A stretch of 63,674 nt of DNA, filler included, from Blastocystis sp. subtype 4 (GCF_000743755.1; 3 parts of 3 records of this genome joined end to end with filler, not necessarily neighbours in it), one strand, 5' to 3'; positions 12,388 to 26,189 are shown, numbered from the whole stretch's first letter. Made by a program: numbers and translations. The notes: generated from the letters alone by a model not told the origin.

Positions 12388-13229
12388 ATGAATGTAGATC
12401 AGCGGCAAATGGTCTCAGATTCTCTATTACTTGGTTATACTTCGTTTTTGTCATAATATCTAGAACATGAAAGTGCAGAAGCAGCGAATAATGAAACAGA
12501 CTCACCATTGGAACAGAGTGCTTCACCTAGAGTTGCTAAAGTTGATTTATCGAAAAGTGTGCGGTCATCTCTTCTTACTAAGAGTTTGGAGGAGCGTGTT
12601 CCTCTTGAGGACTTGATTCAAAGAGGTTTAGTAAGTAGGAGTTGATGGATGTGATAAACCAAAGAACCTGGAGTCAGTACAATGTTATCTACTCGGTTAC
12701 AGACCCTGGAACGGAAGATCAAGGAAGATTCTGTAAATCATAGTCTTCAGCGACGACCATTGCTTGAGGATCTTGTACAACGAGGTATTCAATGTATTCA
12801 CCACTTCAACATCTCATCTCTAGCCAATCCACAATTAACACCTGCTTTACGATCAAAAGCAGGAGATTTAGAAATGAAAATGAAACGTCATATGATGGAA
12901 AAGTGTATTTACCAGCGTCCAACACCTCGAGAACTTCAGAAGTATCATCCAGGTGTGTACGATAGTCTGAGTGAGGAAGCAAAACAAGCAAATCACCTGA
13001 TTGAAGGAAGCACTATGATGCGAGTTCATATTTCGTTCTTAGGAGCTACTGCAGAACAATTATTGAAGAGTCGAAGAGTATGAATGAGTGAATGAATGAA
13101 ATATAGATTACAGGAGAAGAATATAATGAATTGTTAAAAATTGTGAATAGTCAAACTAGTGAGAAAAAGGAACGTTTAATTCATGCAGTTGCTTCCTTCA
13201 CAGTTACTCGGGATATTGATGCTGTTTGA
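12388..13229 (+). CDS. RPEL-repeat (G-actin-binding) protein
   Basis: LEERVPLEDLIQRG, LQRRPLLEDLVQRGI and IYQRPTPRELQK match the RPEL consensus. Start approximate. Confidence 0.7.
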
Positions 13230-13327
13230 AATATATTTCAAATTTAATTTGTAGTATGAAAAGGAAATACTTAATGTAATGCGCAATTGATTCTCCAATA
13301 GTTTGTAATTGTTTGTAACAAATATAA

Positions 13328-15704
13328 TCATTCTAAATATGTATCAGTACTTACAATCTTCATTTCATCAAACGGACGATATGTATCATTATTCACACGA
13401 GCTCGTTCGATATCCTTCACCACATTTGTTCCTTTCAAGACCTTTCCAAAGATTGTATGTTTGCCATTCAACCATGCAGCAGGAACAGTTGTTATGAAGA
13501 ACTGAGACTTGTTTGTTGCTCTTCCAGCATTAGCCATAGCCAATAAGAACGGTTTATCAAACTCCACCCCAGGAACAATTTCATCCTGGAATGGTTTTCC
13601 CCAAATACTCTCTCCTCCATATCCCGTTCCTGTCGGATCACCTGTTTGAATCATGAAGTTCTTAATCACACGATGGAAGATCACATTGTCATAGAAACCC
13701 TTCTGACACAGACCACTAAAGTTCTCAACCCTATTCTTCATCTCGTTCCTTATGCCTACGCTAATGGAGCAATCTGAGGCCATAGTTCCAATTCAATGTC
13801 ACCCATATTCGTTCTCAAAATCACACGTTTAGCTAAGAACTTAGAAGGCGTCTGTCCTTCTTCCTTCTTCACATCATCTTCTGTCATATCTCGTCCAATA
13901 ATTGCATCACGATCCTTCTTGTTACTCAAATCAGGCTCACGGCGTGTAAACAGATAGAAACGACGTTTCTCAAAGGATGAAGCGAACAATGTTGGATCTG
14001 CTTGATCATCCTTCGACCCATCAAAATGCTTCTTTGCTAAATCTGCCTTATTCTGCTCAGCAGTTCGAATTGTCTTCTGTTCTTCTCGTCTTGCTTTATC
14101 CATCATAATACGCATCTACTCATCACTTTCTCAGTTCAAATTCACTTGAGGAGAGATCTTACTTATTCCCTGAAACAGACTCACATTCAAAAATCGTTCT
14201 GTATTCTCAACTTCTCCCATTGTGAGCAAACACTCGCCTGTCGCAATCTATTTTCAATTCGTTCTCTCACACACATACATTCACAATCTTCAGACCAATC
14301 ATACAAGAGTACATGATGAATCGTTCAGCTTGATCGAACACACAGTTGATAGGAGAATCTAACCCTTCTCCTAATGCTTTCTCTCGTACAGAAGCTTCCA
14401 TTTTCAACTTACGATTGAAGTGGAATGAATCAATTGGCAGTTGCTCTTCTGCAAACTGTTTCTTATACACATCTTCTGATTCATCTAAACACTGAATCAA
14501 CTTTCCTGAAGCTGTATTGAACAAATACATCTAATCTTCATCTCATCATCATTACTTACTTTCCAATCTCCTGCAAATACTCCCATCCATTGGCCAGTAC
14601 GACTTATAGAAAGAGATAATGGCTTGAGTTGATTCTTCTTTAGTACCATCAGATCAGTAACAAATAAATACTTGAACTGGAGATGTTCTTTGGGACTGGA
14701 TCCATCTTGAGGATACCAGTACTGGAACATACCAGAAGAATCAAGAGACACCACATAGTTGTCAGTAGCATGATATACTAATCCAATAATAGGAGACTTG
14801 TGATATGCAAATGTGAATTTGATCTCGGACTCTTCAATATCATAAACATTGATAGCATTTGTCTCCATGTTTACTACTGCTAGAAGTGGTCTATATATGA
14901 TGAATCACATAGATCCACAACGATCGTAAGGGACTGTTATAAACCCAGGCAGAGGGTCCAGGGAGATAGTCAAGTTGAATAATTCGTGTCAAGTCGATAG
15001 CTTCGACATCATACACTTTGATGGTTTTATCTTCTCCAATAGAAGCAACAAATGCACCATCATAAGAACAAGGAAGTGAAACGACACGACCTTTATGTGC
15101 ATAGAAGTGTTTTGCGAACTCAATGGCTGTTGGGAACTTTTTCCACATACGGACACTTCCATCCACACTTGCTGTAAATACGAAATTGGAATTTGGAGTT
15201 ACTGTTGTAGTAACAATATTGCTAGGATGAGTGTATGATTTCTCATACATTGGAGCACATGGAAGATCGGATAAATATACTGCATTGCTATTAGGAACTG
15301 GAAATCACTCCTTGTGTCAATTTGTACCAATCTTTGGTTCTTCTTTTTCCTCTTTCGTTGCCTTCAACATCTTCATAGGTCCAATATCATCATCACTATC
15401 TGAATCCTCCTCTTCCACCTTATCATTTTCCACTTTCGTATTGGATTCCTATAACATTACTCCATTGATATATACAAAATACAGACTGTTGTTGACTCTT
15501 TTCAATTTCAATCGCCACAGTAAGACGTTTTACCTAAATAATTACAAATATGATAACAACAAAAACAATTTCATCTTTTGAACCGCTAGTAGGCAGCTTC
15601 CGTTTCCGACATTCCGAACTTAGTTGTTCCAACTAGATTATTACCTAATTTAATTGCAAAATAGCTACATTCAGTTCCTTCAATTGATCGGAGGAGATTT
15701 CCAT
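13328..15704 (-). CDS. PPWD1: Cyclophilin-WD40 protein (PPWD1/CYP71) with an added N-terminal SAP domain
   Basis: [19 protein letters not shown]40 repeats, [10 protein letters not shown], cyclophilin core [15 protein letters not shown]…[10 protein letters not shown]. Spliced N-terminus [31 protein letters not shown]. Confidence 0.92.
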
Positions 15705-15855
15705 TGATGGGATCACACTTGAAGAAATGTATGGATTCAATATCGACTAAATAAACCAAAATGAGATCAAACAAACATCAACGAAATCATTTAGTACAGA
15801 AAATCGTAATCAGTTGCGATTATCATTAGTTCCATGTTTATTACAGCTACAAGAA

Positions 15856-18800
15856 ATGTCAAGTCTTGTTGAAGTCTTAGAAGCAGTACAAGCGCAATAC
15901 AGAGAGTCTATCATACGACCTATCAATAATAATAGTATAATATAACTGACTATCTGTAAATTGGAAATCAAGATCATTTAGATAGAATACAGAGTATGGT
16001 ACAGAATGACCGTTTGCATCGAGAATCCTATGAAATCAATAATTCAACAATAATTAAACAAAAACGATGAGCACAATTGCATGTTAAATCCCCTTTCAGG
16101 GATAGAAGTACTATGCTAACCATGAACAGGACTAGTTATTCCTACACAACGCGAAAAGGTCGACTTCCATGACGACCGGCGAAGATACGTTATTACAGGA
16201 TCTACAGTCATTAATACGATATAAACCCTTGTACAGCGCAGAGAAGGAGAACGGATTCTTAAAAGAACTTCCATAAACAATGATTTGACTTGATATTCAC
16301 AACCGCGGGGATTCCTTATAAACACTTCGTTCCAGCATAGTTATTCGCAATGGATGGTTTGTTCATTCAATTTCAATTCACGTCTAGAGTCATCAAATAC
16401 ATCAAAGTACCTCTTGATGTCGATGCAGGATCTTTGTTCGGCTCTGAATCAAGATAACCCTGTGGAAATTCAAGCTATCATGGAGGTGATTGTGAAACGA
16501 TTACTTCCTGAAGTGTATTCGTCAGGAGAGAAGAAGAATGTGACTTGGATTTGATATATGTTCATTTCTAGCTAACCTACATCTTTCTACACCAAATGGC
16601 ATTACCGGTGTATTATTTGAATCAGAGTTGGAAACAAACCTTTGGGAAACGAACCAATCGAATCGTACTACGTGCTTTTGTGATATTTACGACTGTAATA
16701 TATGAATTCAAAAATCGAGAGACGAAGAACCGGATTCAAAGTGTAGATGAGTTTATGGAGAATGAGAATCGTGTAATCATGAATAATCTATTTGAGTCAC
16801 TCATTGTGGATGTGTATTCAAAGGAACAAACGGAAGGGAACTTGAGTAAATCAACAGTTATGAACTCTCTCAGTTTCAATCTATCTCCTTATGTCAAGTT
16901 GTTACCAAAATTTGATGCAATTCCTGTGCTTATTTCATGTCTTCGTCAAGATGACATTCGCTTAGTGAAAATGGCAGTAGATACACTGACACTTCTCTGT
17001 CAATGGAATAGCAGCTTCGTAAACACGATTACCAACTACATGTTCTCTTCAACTCTCTATACTCTTCTCAGACGTCTTCAATATAACCTTGTTCATGATA
17101 TTCGGATTCATAACTCTTCTCGAACCGTTCGAAATTCCATTCTGTCTCGTATACGAAGTCCTCGAAAAGAAGAGGATTCCGATGATGATGAACGCAAACG
17201 AAATGCCTTCGTCTTGGATACAACGGATTCATTCTTTAATAGTCTCTGTAGGAGTGAGGATGATTCTGTGACTGCTCTACAAACAATCTTTGCTTGCTCG
17301 GAGGAAGATGGTCAACTTCAAGTGTTACGATCTGTTCTTCTTCTCATTGTGTATATGGAAGGTGGTAAGAAACAAACCAGTTCTCAACTCATTACAGAAC
17401 TTCATGCATCTGATTGTGAATCCATTTTAATGGGTATTTCTGCCATTCCTATTTCATCGTAGATATGTTATTCCGATATATTGGAATGAAAGATGAGAAG
17501 ACAGTTGATCTGATTCTTTCAGTTCTTCTTCTTCTGTTTAAGAGTTATCACAATTATGCATTGTTCACAGATCTGACAGATTCTCAGAAATCTCTCTTAC
17601 TCTCGTGTACGAAGATGAAGCGACGGAGTGTATATGAACAAGCTCTCACTCTGATTCTCATTTCTATTCTTCGTACAGATGATGTTGGATGGTTTGAATT
17701 GGAAGCCTTTACTGATTCCATTCTCATGAATTATAAAACTGTCAGCAGTTCTACACAGATTTTAATCAGTCCTTTCTCATTCTTTTTCTCACTTCTAGAC
17801 CTTGTACTACGCCAGTTCATGCATCTTTCATCTGCTGGATACTCACTAGTCGGATATACCTGTTCTCTGGAAGATGTCAGGAGTATTTTTGAATTGAATC
17901 TCCCATGGGTGAAGCCATATGTAGCATTCATCCTCTTCACACGATTATGCAAAGGATTCAAACCACGGTTATCTTTCTGGTCTACAACAAGTGAAGATAC
18001 AAAGGATCATGGATTATTGCTGTATATGAGAGAATGTCTTCAAGGGACATCTCGTATCAAAGCACGGATTCGACAGATCCTTACACCTTCAGAGAACGGA
18101 TGTGAAGCTGATCGAATTCTGGATGAATTCATGAAGAAGCGAGGCATTTCACTCTCATTCCCATTATCATATTATGAAGTGCTGAATCTGACAGGCACTA
18201 CGTGTATGGTGATGGGTGAAGTGAAACGATCCTTCCTTTGTCGTAATATGACAGGAAACCAATTGACAGAAGAGAATGAGAATAATGTGGTTAAGAATCT
18301 GTCAATGAAGATGGATAAGAATGATCCTCTTCATATTACTGTGAAGATTCATAACAAATCACGTCGAGTATTATGGGAGAAGAATGATATGAAATCCAGG
18401 TATTTCGTACTCAGTGATCGGTATCTCTATGAGTAAGAATAAGGAATAAGAATGATTCAATAGATACTTTAGAAATGATCGGAAACAATCGCAACTTCAT
18501 CGAATCATGGATCTAACCAATATGAATGTGAATCTATATGAGGTTGATGATGTGACGTATCTCTGTATCTCCTATGTAAGTTCATTTTCCTTCTCTTCAT
18601 ATTCAGTTGAACACTCCCATACTGCTGTTCACACCAGAAACAACATTTACGTCAATTGACAGTTATTCTATGGAACATGAACATTATCAGAGTCAAATCT
18701 ACCTCTGGTTCTTTGTACTACGATCTATTACTCGACTCACATTCCTTCCTCCAACAAAAGAAGAAACTTACTATCTCCCAGCACTTCCCAACTCCCTGTG

Positions 18801-19639
18801 GCGTCATGACTATCAGATCAAGAACGGATACTTGACAGAGAAGGTGTTTGCAGTGGATGGTTTCTGGAATCGAGAGGATGGAATCGAAGTGGTTCATGAT
18901 AATATGCTAATATCCACATCTTTACGAGAAATGACAGAATCTCAAGTTAGAATGAATCATTGCTCTCATGAGTAGAATCTGAAGATACTAGTAACACTAT
19001 TGGAAGAGTATGACTGGAGTCTGTTACATTACTCAAAACAATTGTTAGTGATTCTGAACAAGTAGGCATGAAACAGAAGTCTAAATAGCAGTGATAATGA
19101 TGAAAACAGTCGATCTGTACTCGCCTCCAAAGGAGTGACTTATATCACAGAGAATAAGAAGAAGACTGTAGGTGTAATGAAACTTCAAGGATTGATAGAA
19201 TGGTAACAATGGATGAAGAGTATTAGAGAATAGTTATGAAGCACGGGAATTGATGCAAATGTTGGTGGATCATGAAGAAGAGATTCGATTGTTACAGAAG
19301 ACGATTCGAGCTGTTATGGTACGTACCGAAACTAGAGAAGAGGTGAGACGATGTGAGAAAGACAGTGTATGTCAACCAAGCATGGAAGAGATTCTATCGC
19401 CTTTGGAGGAAATGTCAGAAGAGAGATTATTCATTACACAGACAGTTGTAAATCGTTGTTTGGAAGCTGAATTTGGTGTTGAAGCAACGATTCTGCAGTA
19501 TTTCAAACAGAAGGATGAGAAGGAGTATGTGAAGAAATTGCGTAAGAGTAAGCAATGTTCCTTTGAGTCAATGGTCAATCGATCCAGTTTGTATGGATAC
19601 TATCAATCAGATGGAAAAGATGCGTTTGCAGTAGTTTAG
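15856..19639 (+). CDS. Large hypothetical protein with an ARM/HEAT-like helical region and a PH-like domain
   Basis: AIPVLISCLRQDDIRLVKMAVDTLTLLC (ARM-like); KSRYFVLSDRYLYE|YFRND…IYLWFFVLR (PH-like). TAG 19639, then TGTTTGTT at 19650. Confidence 0.6.
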
Positions 19640-19709
19640 TGGTTATGGATGTTTGTTAAGATCAATGGATCCTTATTCTCAAAAGAGCATAATTGAATCC
19701 TTTTTCAAA

Positions 19710-19780
19710 GCAATAGTAGTCAAGTGGTAAGATAGGTCCCTGCCACGGATCAGGCCCGGGTTCGATTCCCGGCTATTGCA
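19710..19780 (+). tRNA. tRNA-Gly(GCC)
   Basis: GCAATAG/CTATTGC acceptor stem, anticodon stem GGTCC/GGATC with GCC at 19742-19744, GGTTCGATTCC T arm; 71 nt. Confidence 0.96.
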
Positions 19781-19814
19781 TTCTTTTCCTTTTCAACAAA
19801 CACACATTAACAGA

Positions 19815-20850
19815 TTACAGAAAATAGTCAGGAACCTTCCGTACCAAATTGAACTTTTCATCACGAGGAGCAGGATCAAATTGAATACTAAACCTCAACC
19901 ATCTNNNNNNNNNNNNNNNNNNNNNNNNNNNNNNNNNNGGAGCAGAAAACACAGTACAAATCCGCTTGTCATGTCCCCATAAATAACCCTATTCATCATC
20001 TTCTCACACAAATTCGTACCTCGATACACATTTGATGAGCTCGAGCAATGAAATCAAGATCATTTGCTCGACAAAACTGGGTCGTAATATCCTTACCAAA
20101 CGTATATCCAGCACCACGTGAAGATACTCCGAATCCACTTCGATCATCAGGATCTGACCACATCATATCACAGAAAGCTCCTTCATGAGGAATCTCACGA
20201 ACACGATCTAGCTTACGGGCCTGATCCAATGTATCCAATGAAGGAGATAAACCACCATGAAGAGCAAAGATCTTTCCTTCGATCAACGCAGTAATTGGCA
20301 TATAGTCAAATAGATCTGTAAATGCCTTCCATACATCTGCATTTCCATACTTTCGTACACACTCATCATAGAACCCATAAACTTGAGTGATCTGACGACT
20401 CTCGTGATTTCCTCGAAGAACAGTAACACGTTCTGGCCATCGTACTTTCAGAGCAATCATAAGAGCAGCTGTTTCAACCGAATAGTAACCTCGATCAACA
20501 TAGTCACCTACAATTCATATCGTAAACAATTCTAATACCCATGAATAAATAGTTTGTATCAGGAAGATCTCCTCCAATCCGAAACAATTCCATGAAGTCA
20601 TAGAATTGACCGTGGATGTCACCACATACTGTTACCGGACATCGTACTGTTTGAATATTACTTTCCTTTCGGAAAATCTCTTTCGCCTTCAAAGTCACCA
20701 ACCCCAACTCAATCTTACTCGTTCACATAATTCCATTAATACATTCGCTGGAAGAAGTTCACGGTTCTTCAGCCGTTCCAATTGCTCGTCCAAATCATCT
20801 GAAACAGGTTGAATCGGTGCAAGTGTATCATCAGCAGGAATTGCATCCAT
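19815..20850 (-). CDS. PPP2C: Serine/threonine protein phosphatase 2A catalytic subunit (contains N-gap 19905-19938)
   Basis: [33 protein letters not shown]-terminal PDYFL*. Confidence 0.93.
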
Positions 20851-21214
20851 TGAATAGTATATCCTTTAATATAAATAGCTTCTACGAGCTGTAAATGATG
20901 AGAAACAAGTAAGTGTCAAAATCGACCCTATTTTGGCTTCTTTGATAGATGTTCAAGAGAATGACTAGAAGGCTTTATTGAGTCTATTCATTCCTTTTGA
21001 AAGGGTGAAGAGTGAAGTCCTAGGATGCATTTCTTTCATCTTTGTAACATCAATCAGAGTGTGTACAATCTTAGATTCTTATTTCAGGGATGGTCAAGAA
21101 GGATTTGTCCTTCAAATCAGTCTTTGCGCCATTGTCGCAAATCCTAATGTCGCAATGCCTATTGTCGTATCTCTTCTGTACCCTTCCTTGAGACCAGAGT
21201 GTTGAGACTTCGGG

Positions 21215-23426
21215 ATGAAGTCATCTTATTATGACATTCTCGACAAATATTATGGAGGATTTTGTGGAGATGGTGATCGAGTGGAAGTGGTTGATGAAAA
21301 TGTTGTGTTATTGTATGTACTGTGATGTGTAGAAACAATGTACGAAGGGTGTAGTTCAGAAATGTAGTATTACCTGTATTTCGTTTCAGACTTCTTCATC
21401 TGAACTCTGGACGGTTCCAAGAACATCAATTGTTTCCATAGAGCATTGCAGTATTGAATGGAAAGAGTAGTGAGTTGTAGTTCAGGAGAAGAACCATATC
21501 CCTGTAGAACCGAATGATTTAATCTCTATGCCACAAGGTGAGGACCGCGTACACTGTTCGATTGAGTTTTACCTGTAGGACATTCGTTGTCTTGGAGTTG
21601 TAACTCGAGTGAATGCTCCTTATGCATCAATTCGAGTACTCACTGGACAGCAAATTGCAGAAGTATTCAATGTGTGGTTGAAGAAGTTGCAGTTTGTGGC
21701 CAAAGGATTTTCTCTAGGTATAAAAATGGTGTTGAAATGATCTGTAGATTTGTATAATGAAATGGAGGAAGAGGAAATGAACATCTCCTATAATTCTCTT
21801 CCTGAGTGTTTGAACTTAGTAGCAGATCAATTTACATCAATTTCAGAGCTTTTTAATCCTCTTATGACACGCGCCAAGTTGCTAACAAATCCTCTATTTC
21901 GAAGTGATGTGATGGCAAACGACAAGCTCAAGAGATGGGGTAAAGGAATGATCCGAAAGACGAAAGCGATGGCTAATCTGTTGTCGACTCCTACAGAAGC
22001 TTCAGAGCGTCCTTCCTCTCCTCTGGATGGACCCATATGTTCTTCACCTTCTCGTTATGTCTCTTCTTCAAGTGATGAGGAATTGATCATTGCTCGACCG
22101 AGTTCCCGTGGGAAATCTACAATGTCATCGGAAGTGAGTTCTTCGATTGGTCGACGACAAAGTGGAGGTCATTCTGAATTAGGATCCAGTCGATCCGATG
22201 ACTCATCACGACGTAATGGAAAGAGCTTCTTCTCTCGAATCTTCAAAGGAAAGAAGAAAGAAGGAAATGATCGACGAAACTCCCTTCGAAGTCGTGGAAG
22301 TGATCGTGATTCTTTGTTAAGTGATGTTGAAAAGAGAGATCCATTTGACAATATTCTTGGAAGTTATGATCCTACTCTGGAGCGATATTCGTATGATACA
22401 GCAATGCTTCAACGACGAGCATCAGATCGTGTAGAATATGAAGAGAATCGTGTTTCTTCACCTGCTCGAGTACATCGCAATCATTATCGATATCGTTCAT
22501 ACAGCGATGACTTGAATAGCAATAGCAGCAAAGGATTGGATCTATTGCCTCTTACTCCCTCATATCTGAATGAAGGAGCCACAGAAGTATGGACTGATGA
22601 GGAGTTCGGAGAACAAGAATCTCGAGTCTGGTTGAATGTGAATGCTTGTGTTGGTAGTCATTCAGTGAGTAATGATGAGATGATTGATACATAGCGTGGT
22701 TCACGAAAGGATGGAATCACTCGTCATGGCATCCAGTCATATCATTCGCCACCTCCAGCACAACCGTCCTCACCTGATGATAGTGTGATCAGTGATCATG
22801 AATTAGATCGTTTGGATGAAGAGAATGGAATGAAGAATGAACCTGTATTGATCAGACCAGAATCTCCTGTTCTGAAGGAGAAAGGAGTTGCTGATCTGTC
22901 TGTAGTCTCAGACTCATCTCATGACTCTGATTCTGATTTGTTGGATATGGCTCGAATCGACACACAACCTGCTTCGCTTCCCACCACACCTATCTTGACT
23001 ACCCATTCCTCTCTCCCTTCAGGGTTCTATGGTAGTCGAGGAACAGTCTCACCAACTGCTGCCTCTCAAGATCTTGTCGATTTGAGTGCTCTCGGGATTC
23101 CCTTCGCTCCATCTGAAAATCTAGGTGTTGTACCTCCTTCTATTGCTCGCATGTCGCCACCAGAGAAGCCTGAATCTCCACGAATCGTGACAGAAAAAGA
23201 GGAGATTGTTCCAGACGGCTTTTTGAATCCAAAAGTGGTACGACGGAGTCGACAGATGCGAATGGAGAAGGGAATTGGATATAGGTCTATTCCGCCCTTC
23301 CGGAGGCGTGTGGTGTTTCTACCTCCATTGCCAATTGCTACTTGTAAGAGTCTTGAGAAACCACAAGAAGGAAAGCAAGTTCGTTTCTTCACGAATGTGA
23401 TTTGTCATGAGTATAGGAGTTATTAG
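21215..23426 (+). CDS. Hypothetical protein: small beta-rich N-terminus plus long Ser/Arg/Pro-rich disordered region
   Basis: Exons linked by ~30-nt introns; ORFs 21750-22694 and 22785-23426. No recognised family. Start approximate. Confidence 0.55.
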
Positions 23427-23471
23427 TTGACTTTGTACATTTACTATTGCGAAACATGTTTGATAAATGAC

Positions 23472-24104
23472 TCAATGACGACCTTTACGATGTTTCTTTC
23501 CCTTCTTGTGTTTCCGTTTCCTCCCTGCTTCTTCACGGATCCGACGCATCTCATTCTCTGTCAATCTATTTCTCACTCCATTCCTCAGCTCTAACGTCAC
23601 ATTCTCCAATATCTTCTCTTCTTCTTCATTCAATTCTTCATCTTCTTCATCCTTCTTATTCTCCACCTCCTGTTCTTCATCTTGAAGGAGTTCTGCGTCA
23701 TTATGATCATTCTCATCCCCTTCATACTCCACTGTTACTGTCACTTCTTCTGTTCCAAACATATTCTTGGAAAACTCATCATCTATATTCTCTTTTGATG
23801 TTACCAAATGGTCCTTATCTTTCTTCCGATCAGACACAGAATCCAACAATCCCAATTCTCTCTCTCGTTTTAGTAGATTTCGTTTCCTCTATTTCATATT
23901 CATTCTCTTATTCTTCTACTGCAAGTTTCTCTAAGACTTTCTCTTGTTTCGCTCTTAATGCTTTCTTTGTCAAATACTCCACCTTCCGTTCTTGTTTTCG
24001 GTTGTGAAAGCCCAGAAGAAACTTCCTACCATTTACACATATCTTCTTTGTTACTTTCTCTCTTCCTCATCATAGACTGCCCTCACAGTTCCCTTAGGAG
24101 CCAT
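23472..24104 (-). CDS. NOL12: Nucleolar protein 12 / Rrp17 (Nop25 family)
   Basis: Spliced N-terminus VYDEEERK|KFLLGFHNRKQERK matches the family motif F/YDEE.R.E/KYLTGFHKRK. Acidic middle, basic tail. Confidence 0.85.
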
Positions 24105-24233
24105 TCGATGAATATCAAAAGAAACCAAAAGGACAGATTCTAGAAAATAGAGGATTCTATTCGAATACCATAATTCGTCACGATTTATTGTATTCGATCA
24201 ACTCTTTTCGTTTCAAAGTTAGATTGATCCGAA

Positions 24234-24694
24234 ATGGCTAAGCATCATCCCGATTTGGTAATGTGCAGAAAATTGCCAGGAACAGGTACGATTGTATTGG
24301 TTTATTCACTTCTAGCTATTGGTCGTCTCTGTGAAAAGTGTAAGTGACTGACAATTTGACAGTAATCCTTTTAGGTGATGGAAAGTGTGTAATCTGCGAT
24401 ACATATGTTCGACCCTATACATTGGTTCATATCTGTGATGAGTGCAATTATGGTTCCTATCAAGGACGTTGCGTAATTTGCGGAGGTCCAGGTGTGAGTG
24501 ATGCATATTATTGCAAGGAGTGTACTGTTATGCAAAAAGATGTAAGTAGTGATGGTATTGTGCTAATATGTAGAGAGATGGTTTGAGTTTAGTACAGTGT
24601 CTAACGTGTAGGTTGTCCAAAGATTGTAAATATAGGAACTGCAAAAACTGATATGTTCTACGAACAAAAGAAGTATGGATTCAAGAAGAGATGA
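24234..24694 (+). CDS. PHF5A: PHD finger-like domain protein 5A (SF3b14b/Rds3)
   Basis: [16 protein letters not shown]…[10 protein letters not shown]…[18 protein letters not shown]…KD|RDG|CPKIVN…[12 protein letters not shown]; four introns. Confidence 0.97.
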
Positions 24695-24822
24695 TTGGAT
24701 TTGTTTGTTATAAACTCTTATTGGTATGCTTTTCATTTGAATACACTTGCTACCTTTTGAGTTGATACAAACTCAGCTAGTATAATACTTGGGATCCCAA
24801 ATCTCCGCTTCTTTCTAAGAGA

Positions 24823-26117
24823 ATGAGTTTCACAAGTACCTTTAATAATTCAGTTATTCTTTTTATTATTCTATTTGTGGGATTTATCTTTCTTTCGCTC
24901 GAAAGCATGGAGATCACACATTTCCTCCCAAAACGCTCGTCTCCTGCATCTTCTTTTTCTTCGACTTCAGCAAACAGTATAAGTGCAGCTGCAATGACAG
25001 GAAAAACAAGCCGAAATGAGCAGTACGATTTCACAGTTGTCTCGCAGTCAAGGTTTGAGTAGAAATCACTTCTCATTTTTAGTTATGAGCGTGTGTATTT
25101 TCTTCCTTTTTGGGTAGAGCGCTGGAATGGGTACATGTTTGGACTTTGTTGTTCACTATAGTCCTATCTCGATGGCTTTTTTTCTCTATGGTGAAGGAGC
25201 TCACATTTATCAGCAGGCTATTCAGCAAATGGATATTCCCAAGCGCATGAACGTCATTGCGTATTTCGGCGACTCTGCAAATCCCTATCCAATTAACATG
25301 CTTCGTAATATCGCTATGGATCACGTCACCACTTCTCATTTTTGGTTAGCAGATATGGATATGTGGCCGGCTTGTGATTATGAACCATTTTTATTACATA
25401 TAGATGATTTATACAATACATTAGTGTCTTTACCTCATTCGTTTTTAAGTCGGGATGATGCTGTTACAATCGTTCCTGCTTTTGAATATAATCTACCTAA
25501 AGGAACAGTTTGTGATTCGTTTACGGGCTGTATCAACAAGTAAGAAATGTAGTATTCATCTCATGTGAAGTATTAAGGAAGACTTACCAAAAGTAAAAGC
25601 AGATCTACAGGGTTGTTTGTCAAGTGGTCATTGTAGCCGTTTCAGAGAAGCATCAAAAACACATGTTTGATTCATCATTTTTCTTCAATTGTAGAGTTAT
25701 CATTTCGATGAATGGTACACGCTTCCTTCAGATACATTTGTAACTCCTCTTCCTTGCTTGTTCAACGACATTCAAGAGCCTTATGTATTTGTGAAGCTAA
25801 CAGAGAGGACACCTCACTTTGATGAGCGTTTTGTGAATTATGGAAAGAATAAGGTCCAATGGATCACACATCTTCGATTGTTGGGATATCAGTTCTATGT
25901 ACTATCACAGAGTTTTGCAATTGATGTCCCGCATCCCAGGTTGCAATAAGGAGGGAGTGTGATGTTTAGATCGCAGATTGCTAAAGACTGGTTTAGTGAG
26001 GGAGAGAAGACGAATTGGAAAACGAAAATGCATGTTCTGGTTGATGCATTTACTCAGGAGATTGTGAGGGAAACTACCAATGTGCCTATTCAGACTCCTT
26101 TGTGCTCAGGTCAGTGA
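24823..26117 (+). CDS. Type II membrane glycosyltransferase, GT49 (LARGE/B4GAT1-like)
   Basis: N-terminal TM segment; YPINMLRNIA, DxD motif (ADMD), EPYVFV…PHFDERFVNYGKNKVQWITHLR…FAIDVPHP. Confidence 0.85.
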
Positions 26118-26189
26118 CTTTTTCCGGTGATTATGTGTGAAAGTAACTTGTTTCGTTAACATCAGAACAAAGTAGTACAGTCATTCTAT

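Noticed and set aside
13215..13230. TGTTTGAA overlapping the RPEL gene stop as a poly(A)-stop signal
   Set aside because: The base 5 nt upstream is not an in-frame T, and a better motif exists at 13310.
21100..21180. Repeated TGTCGCAA and a Cys/His-rich reading resembling a FYVE finger
   Set aside because: It is interrupted by a stop with no plausible intron, and lies upstream of the likely start.
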